A DNA stretch of 64,000 nt from Octopus bimaculoides (taxonomy: Eukaryota), in NCBI RefSeq assembly GCF_001194135.2, contig NC_068982.1, positions 9,403,778-9,467,777 of the forward strand, read 5' to 3'. The translations under genes and the position numbers were made by a program. Under the pieces are notes generated by a model. The model was not told the origin of the DNA. It saw nothing but the letters and a program-made list of their open reading frames with translations, and made no database searches. Positions 1 to 11,159 of this stretch are shown piece after piece; positions within the stretch are counted from its first letter, which is position 1, and each line of letters starts with the position of its first letter.

Positions 1-202
1 GGCACAAGGCCCAACATTTTTGGCAGGTGATTAAGTCGATTTGATCGACCACAGTACGCAACTGGTACTTAATTTACCGACCCCGAAAGGACGAAAGGCA
101 AAGTCGACCCCAGCGAAATTTGATCTCAGAACGTATAGACAGACAAAATACCACTAAGCATTTTGCCCGGCGTGCTAAAGTTTCTGCCAGCTCGCCGCCT
201 TA
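1..202 (-). mobile_element. tRNA-derived SINE family A, tail type 1 (3' end may run off the window start)
   Basis: Reverse complement matches the copies at 15032 and 46993: head AAGGCGGCGAGCTGGCAGAA, B-box-like GAG(T/A)TCAAATT, body GCCTTTC.TCCTTTCGGGGTCG..AAATTAAGTACCAGT, tail GGCCTTGTGCC. Confidence 0.85.
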
Positions 203-421
203 GAATATTCTTTTCTATTCTAGGCACAAGGCCCGAAATTTTTGGTGATGGGGCCAGTCAATTAGATCGCCCCCAGTACGTTACTGGTACTTGATTTATC
301 GACCCCGAAAGGATGAAAGGCAAAGTCCACCTCGGCGGAATTTGATCACAGCACGTAAAGACAGACGAAATACAGCGAAGCATTTCACCTGGCATGCTAA
401 CGTTTCTACCAGCTCGCCGTT
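203..421 (-). mobile_element. SINE family A, tail type 1, tandem with the previous copy
   Basis: Same head, body and tail as 1-202; its tail abuts the head of the first copy with no spacer. Confidence 0.85.
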
Positions 422-684
422 TGTATGTGGTTATATTGAACTATAAAAATATGAGAGTTTAAATATTTTACAAAATAAATGTCCTACTGGGAAACATTGA
501 AAGAATAAATTATGTTCTACCTCCTATATCATTTTTAAAAAGCAAACTAACTTCTCGAAAATATGATTTATGCATAAGGAATCTTAATGACCGCATTATT
601 CCAATATATAAATATTTTCTAGTATATTACTCTACTTAAAATAATGCAAATGGAAATTGAGCGTTAGGTGTCATAGAATGCGAG

Positions 685-685
<1 letters not shown>

Positions 686-740
<55 letters not shown>
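686..740. repeat. (GA)n microsatellite
   Basis: Direct reading. Confidence 0.95.
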
Positions 741-741
<1 letters not shown>

Positions 742-1346
742 ATTGTTGTCTGATATAAAGAGAAAGGAAAGCTTGCAGAATGTGTGACATAAATTGAAGA
801 CGAGATTAAAAAAATATAGTCTGACGTGAGAAGTGACGTAGTGTTTTCATAAGTCGCACCAATAACTCTACTTAACTATCACTCCATTACACCTCTTAGT
901 CTTTTATGAATTCTTTATGAACACTCCATGGGACCTTGGCTCCGATATTCTTTTTTTTTTTATGCATTATTCAGGGGCGATTTTGGAGCTGTATTCATTA
1001 TTTCAAATAATTCATCGAGAAAAGCGATGTTTTCTGATTATAAACAAAAAGCTTCCATACTTATGGATAGAAATTCTCTACGCCTGAAGGTTCTTGAGTC
1101 ATAAGAATTTTGTAAACTAGAGAAAGGGCGTGATATAATTCATTTGCGGAACATTGGTTCGCGAAGGACAACACAAAGTTTTGAATAATAGATTGTAAAT
1201 ATTGTGATGAACTTCGGGAACCAATGTTCCATAAAGGAGTATGACTGGATGTGTGTGTGTGCACACATTTGTTACATACGGTTTTTACACAGTGTTTTTC
1301 AGTTAAACATTTCAAAGTAACGAATACAAATCGTATTTATCTTAGC

Positions 1347-1726
1347 ATCGTGGCACTCCGTCGGTTACGACGACGAGGGTTGCAGTTGATCCGATCAACG
1401 GAACAACCTGCTCGTGAAATTAACATGCAAGTAGCTGAGGCACTCCACAGACACCCTTAACGTAGTTCTCGGGGAAATTCATCGTGACACAGCATGTGAG
1501 AAGCCTGGCCTTTTGAAATACAGATGTAACAGAAAGAGGAAGAAAGAGTGAGAGAAAGTTATGGTGGAAAAATACAGCAGGGTTCGCCACCACACCCCGC
1601 CTGGACCACGTGTAGCTTTAGGTGTTTTAGCTCAATTAACACTCACAACGCCCGGTCTGAGAATCGAAACCGCGATCCTATGACGGTGAGTCCTCCGCCA
1701 TGACCACTAGGTCATCGCGCCTCCAC
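1347..1726 (-). mobile_element. tRNA-derived SINE family B
   Basis: Minus strand starts GTGGAGGCGCGATGACCTAGTGG (A-box-like) and has GGTTTCGATTC (B-box-like). A near-identical copy lies at 31236-31626. Possible 7-bp TSD ATCTTAG (1339-1345 / 1728-1734). Confidence 0.85.
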
Positions 1727-2359
1727 AATCTTAGTATACATATTAAGTAACACTTTCGTAGTAAATATTAAAAATCAGGAATTTATGATTAATCTATATA
1801 TTGCTCGGAGAGTAAATTCCTTCAACTCATTATCATAAGCACAAGTGTTAACGCTGTCATTATCGTCATTGAATCTTTGAGATGCAGGTCTAGGAACAGG
1901 AATAACACCAAGTCACTGATTATGTGTAAGAAATATACAAATATATAATTTTCTTTCTGTCACATAAATTACAAGAATTATTCGAGTGTAATCTACGCAA
2001 ATTTATCAGAAAACGACCTTGCACTGTATTCGTGGTCTGATATTTTATGGATTTCAATTATGAAATGAGAGAGGAATTGCATTCTAACCTTGTGGGTCAT
2101 TTATTTAACATTTCTCCAAAATAATACGCTTTTCATAAAATCGATCGCTTAAATATGTAAACGTTGTTTTTCGTTTAAAACTTGGCCGCATTCCTTCAGC
2201 TTTTATAGTGTTAACCACCTTCTTTCGATGACGTTATTTCATTTAACTATTCTCACCTTATAATACATCTCTTAGTTATTTTAATCTTATATTAAATTAT
2301 CATTTACACATTTCTTTCTATTCCATGAGTTCTTCACCGTTTCCTTTACACATTATTAT

Positions 2360-3484
2360 TATTACACAATTGCTATTACAGGATGGCATTTTCTGCGGGT
2401 TATTAATGCGTATCTCACTTCTTATATCTTGAGTCTCTTATGTAGCATCTTAGGTCTTGTGCCAATTGCACATATGACCACAGGAACCATTTCACCTTAC
2501 CTTAGTCTTCCATCATTTCTCCATCTATCTCGACAGGTCGTCTTAATTCTTAATTTTCTTCATTTCTTTGGTTTTGTGAAAACCATAATCTTACACTGCT
2601 GGTTTTGTTTTCATCTCTACGATTCTATTTTGTGCACTTGCTTCAATATTAAGGTCAGTCTTTGTGGAGAAATGCCATAAAATTCTGTCATTACCTTCCG
2701 CGATTACAGTCTGAGACCATGAAATCTCTTCTTTCTCCAACATTTTGGACTTTTCTTTTTCTTTCTCTTCTTGTATCTTTTTTAGAGTTTAAGTGACTAT
2801 CCAGATATTTATAGACACAGGCTGTATTCTTTCTTCCCTAAGTACAGTTTAAGTTTGTCGAAACCTCCTTCCTTTCTTGTTAAGTAAAAGCTGTAAGTAT
2901 TACTTTTAGAGAGCTGCGCCTTGAGCATGGTGACCACACTTCTAGTTCCCTTAATTAAATGCCAAGCTTTTGGTTTCATCTCCTGTAGGAGAGAAGTAGA
3001 GTAACACAGCGAGACTATAGGCTATGTACTGATTGCTCTGTTCGTTTGCATTCTCTGTATTTGGTTTGGTTGGGAGAAACTTTTCTATTGTTTGCAAACT
3101 TTCTCTCTCACTTCTCTTTCCATTATCTTATTTCTCTACAGCACCACAAGGTACTTGTTTTCTTCATTTTCTCTCATTCTTCTAAGGATATCATCTTGTG
3201 GTACCTTCATAACATTATATTTAATTTTTTCAGCCTCTCTTCATAACTGAAACTGTACAGTTATTTACCCAAATCTGCACACCAATATTTTTGATAAATA
3301 TGCTTGGCTCAGAGAAACCACGTTCTTCATTTAGTTTGGCGGCATCTTTACAAAGTTTGTGATCTATTTTCACCTTCCTCCCAACAAGCTTATAAGCAGG
3401 TTTAGATTTTCTCATTATGCTTTGCCGAGTCTTTGACCCAAAGACGAAAAGTAATATTTTCTGGAGTATTTTCGGTTTCCCCAA
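2360..3484 (-). mobile_element. Decayed R4/Dong-clade (RLE-type) LINE, 3' half
   Basis: Minus-strand fragments in the expected order: KIDHKLCKDAAKL (decayed YMDD region), IGVQIWVNNCTVSVMKRG, ENKYLVVL (YKYLG), FYLTRKEGG, NDRILWHF, MVPVVICAIG. Ends next to a (TAA)4 run at ~2362-2374. Many stops and frameshifts. Confidence 0.8.
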
Positions 3485-3734
3485 TGATTCACATCCGCAC
3501 TAGGGTTCTTCTTCTTCTTCTTCCTATGATAAACAAACTATCAATCTTTTCATTGACGTCGAGTACTTTTGATGAGCACCGCGGAAGTCAATAATGTAAT
3601 GTATTTTCGTACGCTTTCTTGTAGTCGATGCAAGCAAGAGCTAAATTGTTCTGTCTTATTCGTGTCTGAGATTATGCCGTCGATATACAACAGATCATTG
3701 ATCCGTTGTGTATTACTTTTCTTATAATCCTTTC

Positions 3735-3865
3735 TCCCTCCACCTCCCTTCCACCTCCCCTCCTCCACCACCAATCACGTCCCCTCCTCATACCCTCCTC
3801 CTCCCCTCCCCTCCTCCTCCCCCTCATCATCGTCATCGTCATCGTCATCGTTATCGTTATCGTCT
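3735..3865. repeat. Compound CCT / CAT-CGT / TAT-CGT low-complexity tract
   Basis: Direct reading; it explains the poly-P/H/R ORFs in the track. Confidence 0.85.
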
Positions 3866-5401
3866 CGCATCTATAAAAATTCGTTCTGCCATTGTTTAGA
3901 GTCATTCAAAATGAAAGTGTTCGAATATTTTGGATTGATACTTGTGCGATTAGGGAATCATTTGATAGGCTGAACATAATATTATTATAATTCGCAAAAT
4001 ATTGAAATGGCGGAAAAGGACGCATGCCCGTTCATTTGATGAGATGCGTTACACTCTTAGAAAAATTGATGCAATTTTATCCGAATATGTTGAATGCATT
4101 ACTCTTGTCTTTTTTTGCAAAATATGATGAATGATGAATGATAAATGCAATGACTGTTTCTGTACGTGACAGTAACGATGCTTCATTTAGGGAAATATCA
4201 AGTTTATATAATATCAATCAAACAAGGTTTACTGAAATAGCAGTGGTATGAGCATACGAAAGCAGGTCAATGTTCATAGTGATTAATCAATTCCATTATT
4301 GATAATCAATCGAATCTATAAACAGTGACACTATTCATATCAGATTCTGTTGCAGCTAATAGAGAAAGCACAACATTTCTGTTGATTATGTGAAGAAAGA
4401 AATTTCGTATGTTGCAGCAGTACAGAATCGTACAGTTCACCGGAAACAACTAACATAATCCTAATAATGCATTTTTGATGATGGATGTCCAAACATCCAT
4501 TTGTACAGTGGATAGAATATTCAAAATAACATCAGAACAGAAATACTAATTTCAGGAAATAGTTTCAATTGCAAAATATGAGGCATTAATTTAAATCCTG
4601 TTAGATGGCTTTTGAAGCCTTTATTCGGTGAAAATATTAGCTAAAGATTACAAAGCAGTAATTAAGAATGCTTCATATTTCGATCACAGGAAATAATTCC
4701 CTTCTCGAATGATTTCCTGAATCATTATATTCGTTATTAGAATGAGATACGCTGCATAAAATGTAATATTTTTTGGAAAATTCTAAACATGTTTATTCCT
4801 TCTATAAAGGTTGCTTTGGATTAACTCTTTTATAACATCAAACAAAATACAGTTGAGCGTATCAGACCACATGACAAATAGCGTTTAGTGTCGACTCGCC
4901 AATATTGAAAGCACAAATCCTCGTTGGGTCACCGGTGTCCTTCATACTTCTTTAACACATACGCCATTAAAAACGTATGTAATAAGTCTTGTACTAACGC
5001 AAGAAATCAATACGGCAGAACGTAGCTTCATTAGTTACTATTATTGTATTATTGGGAAGAGATTTGAAGAATACAATTATTTCCTGCTAATGTTACTAAC
5101 AAACTATTAGCAGTGTAATGGAATTCCCTTTGCTTTTCAGTTTGACCATAACATTCAATTTTTTCTCCTTACGCGCATACATTCACACATGCCTCCTACC
5201 TACACTCACACGAACGCTTATAGGTTGTTTATGTATAAAAAAGACGAATATTATACATTATCTCTAATTCTGAGACACACCCAACAATTTTGAGGATACG
5301 GCACGAGTGGATATTATATCTATTATATCTATTATATCTATATCTATTATATCTGTTCCTCTATAAGCATAATTCTGTCCTCAAATACATTGCGCACCCT
5401 G

Positions 5402-6360
5402 TATATATATATATATATATATATATNNNNNNNNNNNNNNNNNNNNNNNNNNNNNNNNNNNNNNNNNNNNNNNNNNNNNNNNNNNNNNNNNNNNNNNNNN
5501 NNNNNNNNNNNNNNNNNNNNNNNNNNNNNNNNNNNNNNNNNNNNNNNNNNNNNNNNNNNNNNNNNNNNNNNNNNNNNNNNNNNNNNNNNNNNNNNNNNNN
5601 NNNNNNNNNNNNNNNNNNNNNNNNNNNNNNNNNNNNNNNNNNNNNNNNNNNNNNNNNNNNNNNNNNNNNNNNNNNNNNNNNNNNNNNNNNNNNNNNNNNN
5701 NNNNNNNNNNNNNNNNNNNNNNNNNNNNNNNNNNNNNNNNNNNNNNNNNNNNNNNNNNNNNNNNNNNNNNNNNNNNNNNNNNNNNNNNNNNNNNNNNNNN
5801 NNNNNNNNNNNNNNNNNNNNNNNNNNNNNNNNNNNNNNNNNNNNNNNNNNNNNNNNNNNNNNNNNNNNNNNNNNNNNNNNNNNNNNNNNNNNNNNNNNNN
5901 NNNNNNNNNNNNNNNNNNNNNNNNNNNNNNNNNNNNNNNNNNNNNNNNNNNNNNNNNNNNNNNNNNNNNNNNNNNNNNNNNNNNNNNNNNNNNNNNNNNN
6001 NNNNNNNNNNNNNNNNNNNNNNNNNNNNNNNNNNNNNNNNNNNNNNNNNNNNNNNNNNNNNNNNNNNNNNNNNNNNNNNNNNNNNNNNNNNNNNNNNNNN
6101 NNNNNNNNNNNNNNNNNNNNNNNNNNNNNNNNNNNNNNNNNNNNNNNNNNNNNNNNNNNNNNNNNNNNNNNNNNNNNNNNNNNNNNNNNNNNNNNNNNNN
6201 NNNNNNNNNNNNNNNNNNNNNNNNNNNNNNNNNNNNNNNNNNNNNNNNNNNNNNNNNNNNNNNNNNNNNNNNNNNNNNNNNNNNNNNNNNNNNNNNTATG
6301 CATACACACACACACACACACAGTCACACAAACACACACACACACACATACATACACACA

Positions 6361-6429
<69 letters not shown>

Positions 6430-6430
6430 G
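5402..6430. other. Assembly gap flanked by (TA)n and (CA)n. Similar gaps at 7708-8643, 18974-19097, 32217-32726, 42528-43178, 46178-46450, 47853-47940, 59225-59636 and smaller ones
   Basis: Runs of N bordered by microsatellites. Confidence 0.98.
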
Positions 6431-7564
6431 CACTTAGATATTACTTATGCTTGATTAAACATCTTTGAAACGTTGTAGTACTAAAAGTTGTTTTGAAAAT
6501 CTAGCGAATTCTGTGCTGTACAATTCAAATGAAACTGTTTTAAGAACTATATGACTTTTCATAGTTCATTCCCAATATAGTCTATTCCCAATAGAGTACG
6601 TTCTCTCTAAGTGAAATAAAATCAAAATCCAATTAATATTCAATCAGTTTTGTAGAGTAAATTGTTTTGGAATCTGTATTACAGTTATGTTCAAATCATT
6701 GACCTGTTAATAAATATCGTCGAGCTTGTCACATAATTATTGGTTTCATTTTGAATTGACACAAAATGTCTATATTTTCGGGGAATAAATAAATGAAAAT
6801 TATAACATTTATCTCTTTCTGAGAACCATTAACGATATAAATGAAGTGAAATTGCTCGAAATAAGAACTGAAATATCGTTCTGATGTCTGTTTATTGAGA
6901 AATTTCCTTTCGATTTGCAACAATCCTCCGTCTCTACTGTCGATGTGTACTAATAATTATACATCTCTGAGACATTGTTTTATCATTATGTATTTCGAAA
7001 CTAATAAGAACCCGGACCGGTTATTTACAAAGCTATTATGGCTATTAGTTTTCTCGTCTTCCTTTGTCCTTAAATTATTAACACCACTAAGAATGTACGT
7101 TCGAGATTCCCAGATGTACTTTAATTGTTTGTGGAATACTGAAAGTAGCGATAAGAAATACAAGTGGATTAAATCGAGGCCAGACTTTCTTGAAAATCGA
7201 TTCCGTGGCGTTAGAAGGCAAAATTGATGTCGGCTGCTTTTCAACTCATAGCATAAAGCACGGAATTACAAAGCGCAGGATAATTTTGACTAAAACAGGC
7301 GATTACGCCCTAAACGTTCATCACTGATGTGCTTCTCTGATCTCTGCCAATTTATTGGTAATTACTATAACTGACTGAATCAACATCAGTATATAACTTG
7401 CTCATAATGTATGTGGCAATAACTATGTGCTTCAAGTGAATAGGGAATGTCACTGGATTTACAACGGTATGTTTTTAATTGTAAGAATTTTAAGAAATTT
7501 GCTACTCCAAAGCATTGCTCTGGCTTCAGTACCACTGTGTGGCAGCTTTCGCAAGTGACTTCTA

Positions 7565-7707
7565 TTGCAGCCTCGGGCCGAGTGGATTTGGTAGATTGAA
7601 ACTGAAAGAAACCCGTCATATATATATATATATATATATGACGGGTTACTATTGCAGCCTCGGGCCGAGTGGATTTGGTAGATTGAAACTGAAAGAAACC
7701 CGTCATA
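7565..7707 (+). repeat. SINE family C internal fragment, duplicated across a (TA)n run next to a gap
   Basis: TATTGCAGCCTCGGGCCGAGTGGATTTGGTAGATTGAAACTGAAAGAAACCCGTCATA occurs twice and matches family C. Confidence 0.75.
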
Positions 7708-8643
7708 NNNNNNNNNNNNNNNNNNNNNNNNNNNNNNNNNNNNNNNNNNNNNNNNNNNNNNNNNNNNNNNNNNNNNNNNNNNNNNNNNNNNNNNNNNNNN
7801 NNNNNNNNNNNNNNNNNNNNNNNNNNNNNNNNNNNNNNNNNNNNNNNNNNNNNNNNNNNNNNNNNNNNNNNNNNNNNNNNNNNNNNNNNNNNNNNNNNNN
7901 NNNNNNNNNNNNNNNNNNNNNNNNNNNNNNNNNNNNNNNNNNNNNNNNNNNNNNNNNNNNNNNNNNNNNNNNNNNNNNNNNNNNNNNNNNNNNNNNNNNN
8001 NNNNNNNNNNNNNNNNNNNNNNNNNNNNNNNNNNNNNNNNNNNNNNNNNNNNNNNNNNNNNNNNNNNNNNNNNNNNNNNNNNNNNNNNNNNNNNNNNNNN
8101 NNNNNNNNNNNNNNNNNNNNNNNNNNNNNNNNNNNNNNNNNNNNNNNNNNNNNNNNNNNNNNNNNNNNNNNNNNNNNNNNNNNNNNNNNNNNNNNNNNNN
8201 NNNNNNNNNNNNNNNNNNNNNNNNNNNNNNNNNNNNNNNNNNNNNNNNNNNNNNNNNNNNNNNNNNNNNNNNNNNNNNNNNNNNNNNNNNNNNNNNNNNN
8301 NNNNNNNNNNNNNNNNNNNNNNNNNNNNNNNNNNNNNNNNNNNNNNNNNNNNNNNNNNNNNNNNNNNNNNNNNNNNNNNNNNNNNNNNNNNNNNNNNNNN
8401 NNNNNNNNNNNNNNNNNNNNNNNNNNNNNNNNNNNNNNNNNNNNNNNNNNNNNNNNNNNNNNNNNNNNNNNNNNNNNNNNNNNNNNNNNNNNNNNNNNNN
8501 NNNNNNNNNNNNNNNNNNNNNNNNNNNNNNNNNNNNNNNNNNNNNNNNNNNNNNNNNNNNNNNNNNNNNNNNNNNNNNNNNNNNNNNNNNNNNNNNNNNN
8601 NNNNNNNNNNNNNNNNNNNNNNNNNNNNNNNNNNNNNNNNNNN

Positions 8644-8873
8644 GATAACAAAGCCTAGGATTTGAGGAGTTTTCAGGACATTTATCAGAAAAGAGATATA
8701 GTCTTACAGCTGTTTCTTGGTCCTTATTTCCTTATTTCGAACTCAAAGATTTACCCCTCTCACATCGCCTCTGATGAAGGGACATCCATAATATCCCAGA
8801 AACAGCTGTATGACAATATGACTTTCCTTTTAAATGTCCTGAAAACACCTCACAGCCTTGGCTTCGTTATCTA
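8644..8873. mobile_element. Fold-back element with ~73-bp inverted arms and a minimal hammerhead-like motif (Penelope-derived?)
   Basis: The left arm GATAACAAAGCC...TCTTACAGCTGTTTC is the imperfect reverse complement of the right arm GAAACAGCTGTATGAC...GGCTTCGTTATC. CTGATGA at 8771-8777; GAAAC-AGCT-GTA at 8799-8810. Confidence 0.7.
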
Positions 8874-9629
8874 CTTTTTGTCTAATATATATATAGTTTG
8901 TGTGTGTGTGTTTGTCCCCCACAGCTTAATAACTGGTGTTGGTGCGTCCATGTACCTGCAACTTGGCAGTTCAGCAAAAGATAACGGTAAAAGTTGATTC
9001 GATGAAAATGGTGATGTTCTGCGTCTGCAAATGGCAATGCGTACACTTCGAACATTTAAGCGTATTTCGCGAAGAAGAATACTAATGTTTCGATTAGAAC
9101 CGTTCGTAGGGGATAGATGACATGTCATCTGGTTTTGAAGGTAAACTGAATTAGAAATATTGAAAGAATGGAAATTTATAGCAGCGAATAAGAAAGAAGA
9201 AGTGGGGTGAGTAAGGAGGATGGGGGAAATAAAATGAATTCGTTAAGGGAACAATAACACAGCGAAGACAAAATATAAGGATTGCGTTGGAACATATTAA
9301 TGATCCAGAAAAAATAACAGAGCTGCACACACACACACAGTTACACACACAAACAACACACGTATATATACGCGCGTGTGTGTGTGTGTGTGTGCCTATG
9401 CATGTTAGTATTTAAATTAGAAAACCTACGAGATATAGAGAGACTGTAACATCTATTTATAGCAATTGTAGAATAATGCTAGACGTGGCATTTGTAATTC
9501 CTTCGTAAATTCCGAAATATTTACAGCGTCAAGGATATAAGAATATACTGTTGAATCCATCACACGCTGAGGTTTCAATTCTTCCTATCTGTAAACCTAA
9601 GTAAACCAAAATGTATGTATGTATACATG

Positions 9630-9790
9630 TATGTCTTTCTTCAGTTTATTTCAAGATTTCTTGCCAATAAAGAAAGAACTAGTTTCTAATCGAGATCCAA
9701 GTTTCCTTCATTGGAATTTCAAACATTAGCAATAAGTTATTTTTGTGTCTTTGTTTGTATGTATGTGTGTGCGTATGTATGTATGTATGT
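9630..9790. repeat. Short interspersed repeat family D (second copy in opposite orientation at ~35290-35425), associated with (ATAC)n
   Basis: AAGATTTCTTGCCAATA.AGAAAGA...GTTTCTAA....GATCCAAG.TTC.TTCATTGGAATTTCAA matches the reverse complement of 35325-35400. Confidence 0.7.
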
Positions 9791-10117
9791 ATGTATGTAT
9801 GTATGTATGTATGTATGAATGTATGCATGTATGTGCAGATTTGTATGTTTTATATATGTATTCTCATGGCATATAGTTACATATCTAGACATGCGCATAT
9901 ATATTTAAATGAGGAACTTCAGGAAAGTCTTACAGATTTTTACGGTTCCAGTGATAGATTGGATCTGTAGTCTTCGAATCAGCTTTCCCCGTTCTGGTTT
10001 AGAGAAGCCTAATTTCTCAGTATGTATGTATGTATGTACGTATGTATGTATGTATGAAGGTAGGTAAATAGGTAGGTAGGTAGGTAGGTAGGTAGGTAGG
10101 TAGGTAGGTAGGTAGGT
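9765..10117. repeat. (GTAT)n and (GTAG)n tetranucleotide arrays (9765-9835; 10021-10117)
   Basis: Direct reading. Confidence 0.9.
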
Positions 10118-10843
10118 ATAAGAAATACAAGTTCATATTATTTGTTCAATACATACGTTTCACCGTTGCGGTTTTATGGATGTACCAGGAGAAATTGGAT
10201 GCTTCACCGAAACAGTTCATCAAGGCAACATTTTATTGCGATTTCAAAATTTTTCCTACATTTAGCTAGTAATACTACTAAATTATAACTGTAGTCACTA
10301 TTCATTGTTAACCAGAATTTCGATGTATATTGAATGTTTTCCTGGGAGAATGATAGCTAGTATTTTAAGTTACTTAATACATGCAAACTTCAAATTATAT
10401 ACACGTACACACACAAGTATGTGCGTGCGTACACACTCGCGCGTGTGTATTTGTGCGCCTGTTTGTGTTTACGTATATATTTATTTGAAAGGTGACAGCT
10501 ATAAATTTCGCTGTACTAATCTCCTGATGGGAAATTCGAATAAAAGTCAGTTTCTTATGTTGTTTACAAAGGTAGCGATAAAATGTTTGGCTTTCAACAA
10601 GTTAGACGTTGGAGTTTAGTGAGGTTCAGAGTTTTGATAGATTTGATGGCTTTCAGCTGATTCTTATGTTTATCATTTGTTGTAAGTGGTTTTGGAGCAA
10701 ATATATATCAGTTTGAGGTATATGTTCGAACACATCAGGCAATGTAATGGTACATATAGAAAATATGATGGAAGGCCTTTGATCATGGGCTTAATCGCTT
10801 AGAGCTTACCAAGGATTAAAAATCGATAGTGCAAAGTACTATA

Positions 10844-11077
10844 TTTATTTCTTTATTGCCCACAGGGGGCTAAAGATAGAGGTGACAAATAAGGACAGAC
10901 AAAGGGTTTAAGTCGATTTCATCGACCCCAGAGCGTAACTGGTACTTATTTAATCGACCCCGAAAGGATGAAAGGTAAATTCGACCTCGGCGGAGCTGAA
11001 ACTCAGAACGTAACGGCAGACGAAATACCGCTAAGCATTTCGTCCGGCGTGCTAACTTTTCTGCCAGCTCATCGACT
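10844..11077 (-). mobile_element. SINE family A, tail type 2 (ends ...CCCCTGTGGGCAATAAAGAAATAA), 15-bp TSD
   Basis: Same head and body as family A but a different 3' tail. Perfect TSD GTGCAAAGTACTATA at 10829-10843 and 11078-11092. Confidence 0.9.
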
Positions 11078-11159
11078 GTGCAAAGTACTATAATGCGCTA
11101 CAGAAAAAAAAATAGTCAATGATTTCTAATATTGGTTAAGGTATATATATGTATAATAG

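Noticed and set aside
3900-5000. Possible N-terminal Helitron Rep region (YNINQTRFTEIAVV; STNPRWV)
   Set aside because: Only two short, weak resemblances, with no HUH motif; needs a profile search.
5290-6468. Long ORFs spanning N-runs or dinucleotide repeats (also at 7.4-8.6, 18.7-19.2, 32.1-32.8, 42.4-43.3, 46.0-46.7 and 59.1-60.0 kb)
   Set aside because: They are open only because N and (TA)n/(CA)n contain no stop codons.
7567-7707. Exact duplication around (TA)n next to a gap; likewise 58372-58437 around a 10-N gap
   Set aside because: Identical sequence on both sides of a gap or microsatellite is typical of unmerged contig overlaps, so it is probably an artefact.
8995-9130. Frame FDENGDVLRLQMAMRTLRTFKRISRRRILMFRLEPF as an exon
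   Set aside because: Short, no recognisable family, no convincing splice sites, and adjacent to a SINE C fragment.
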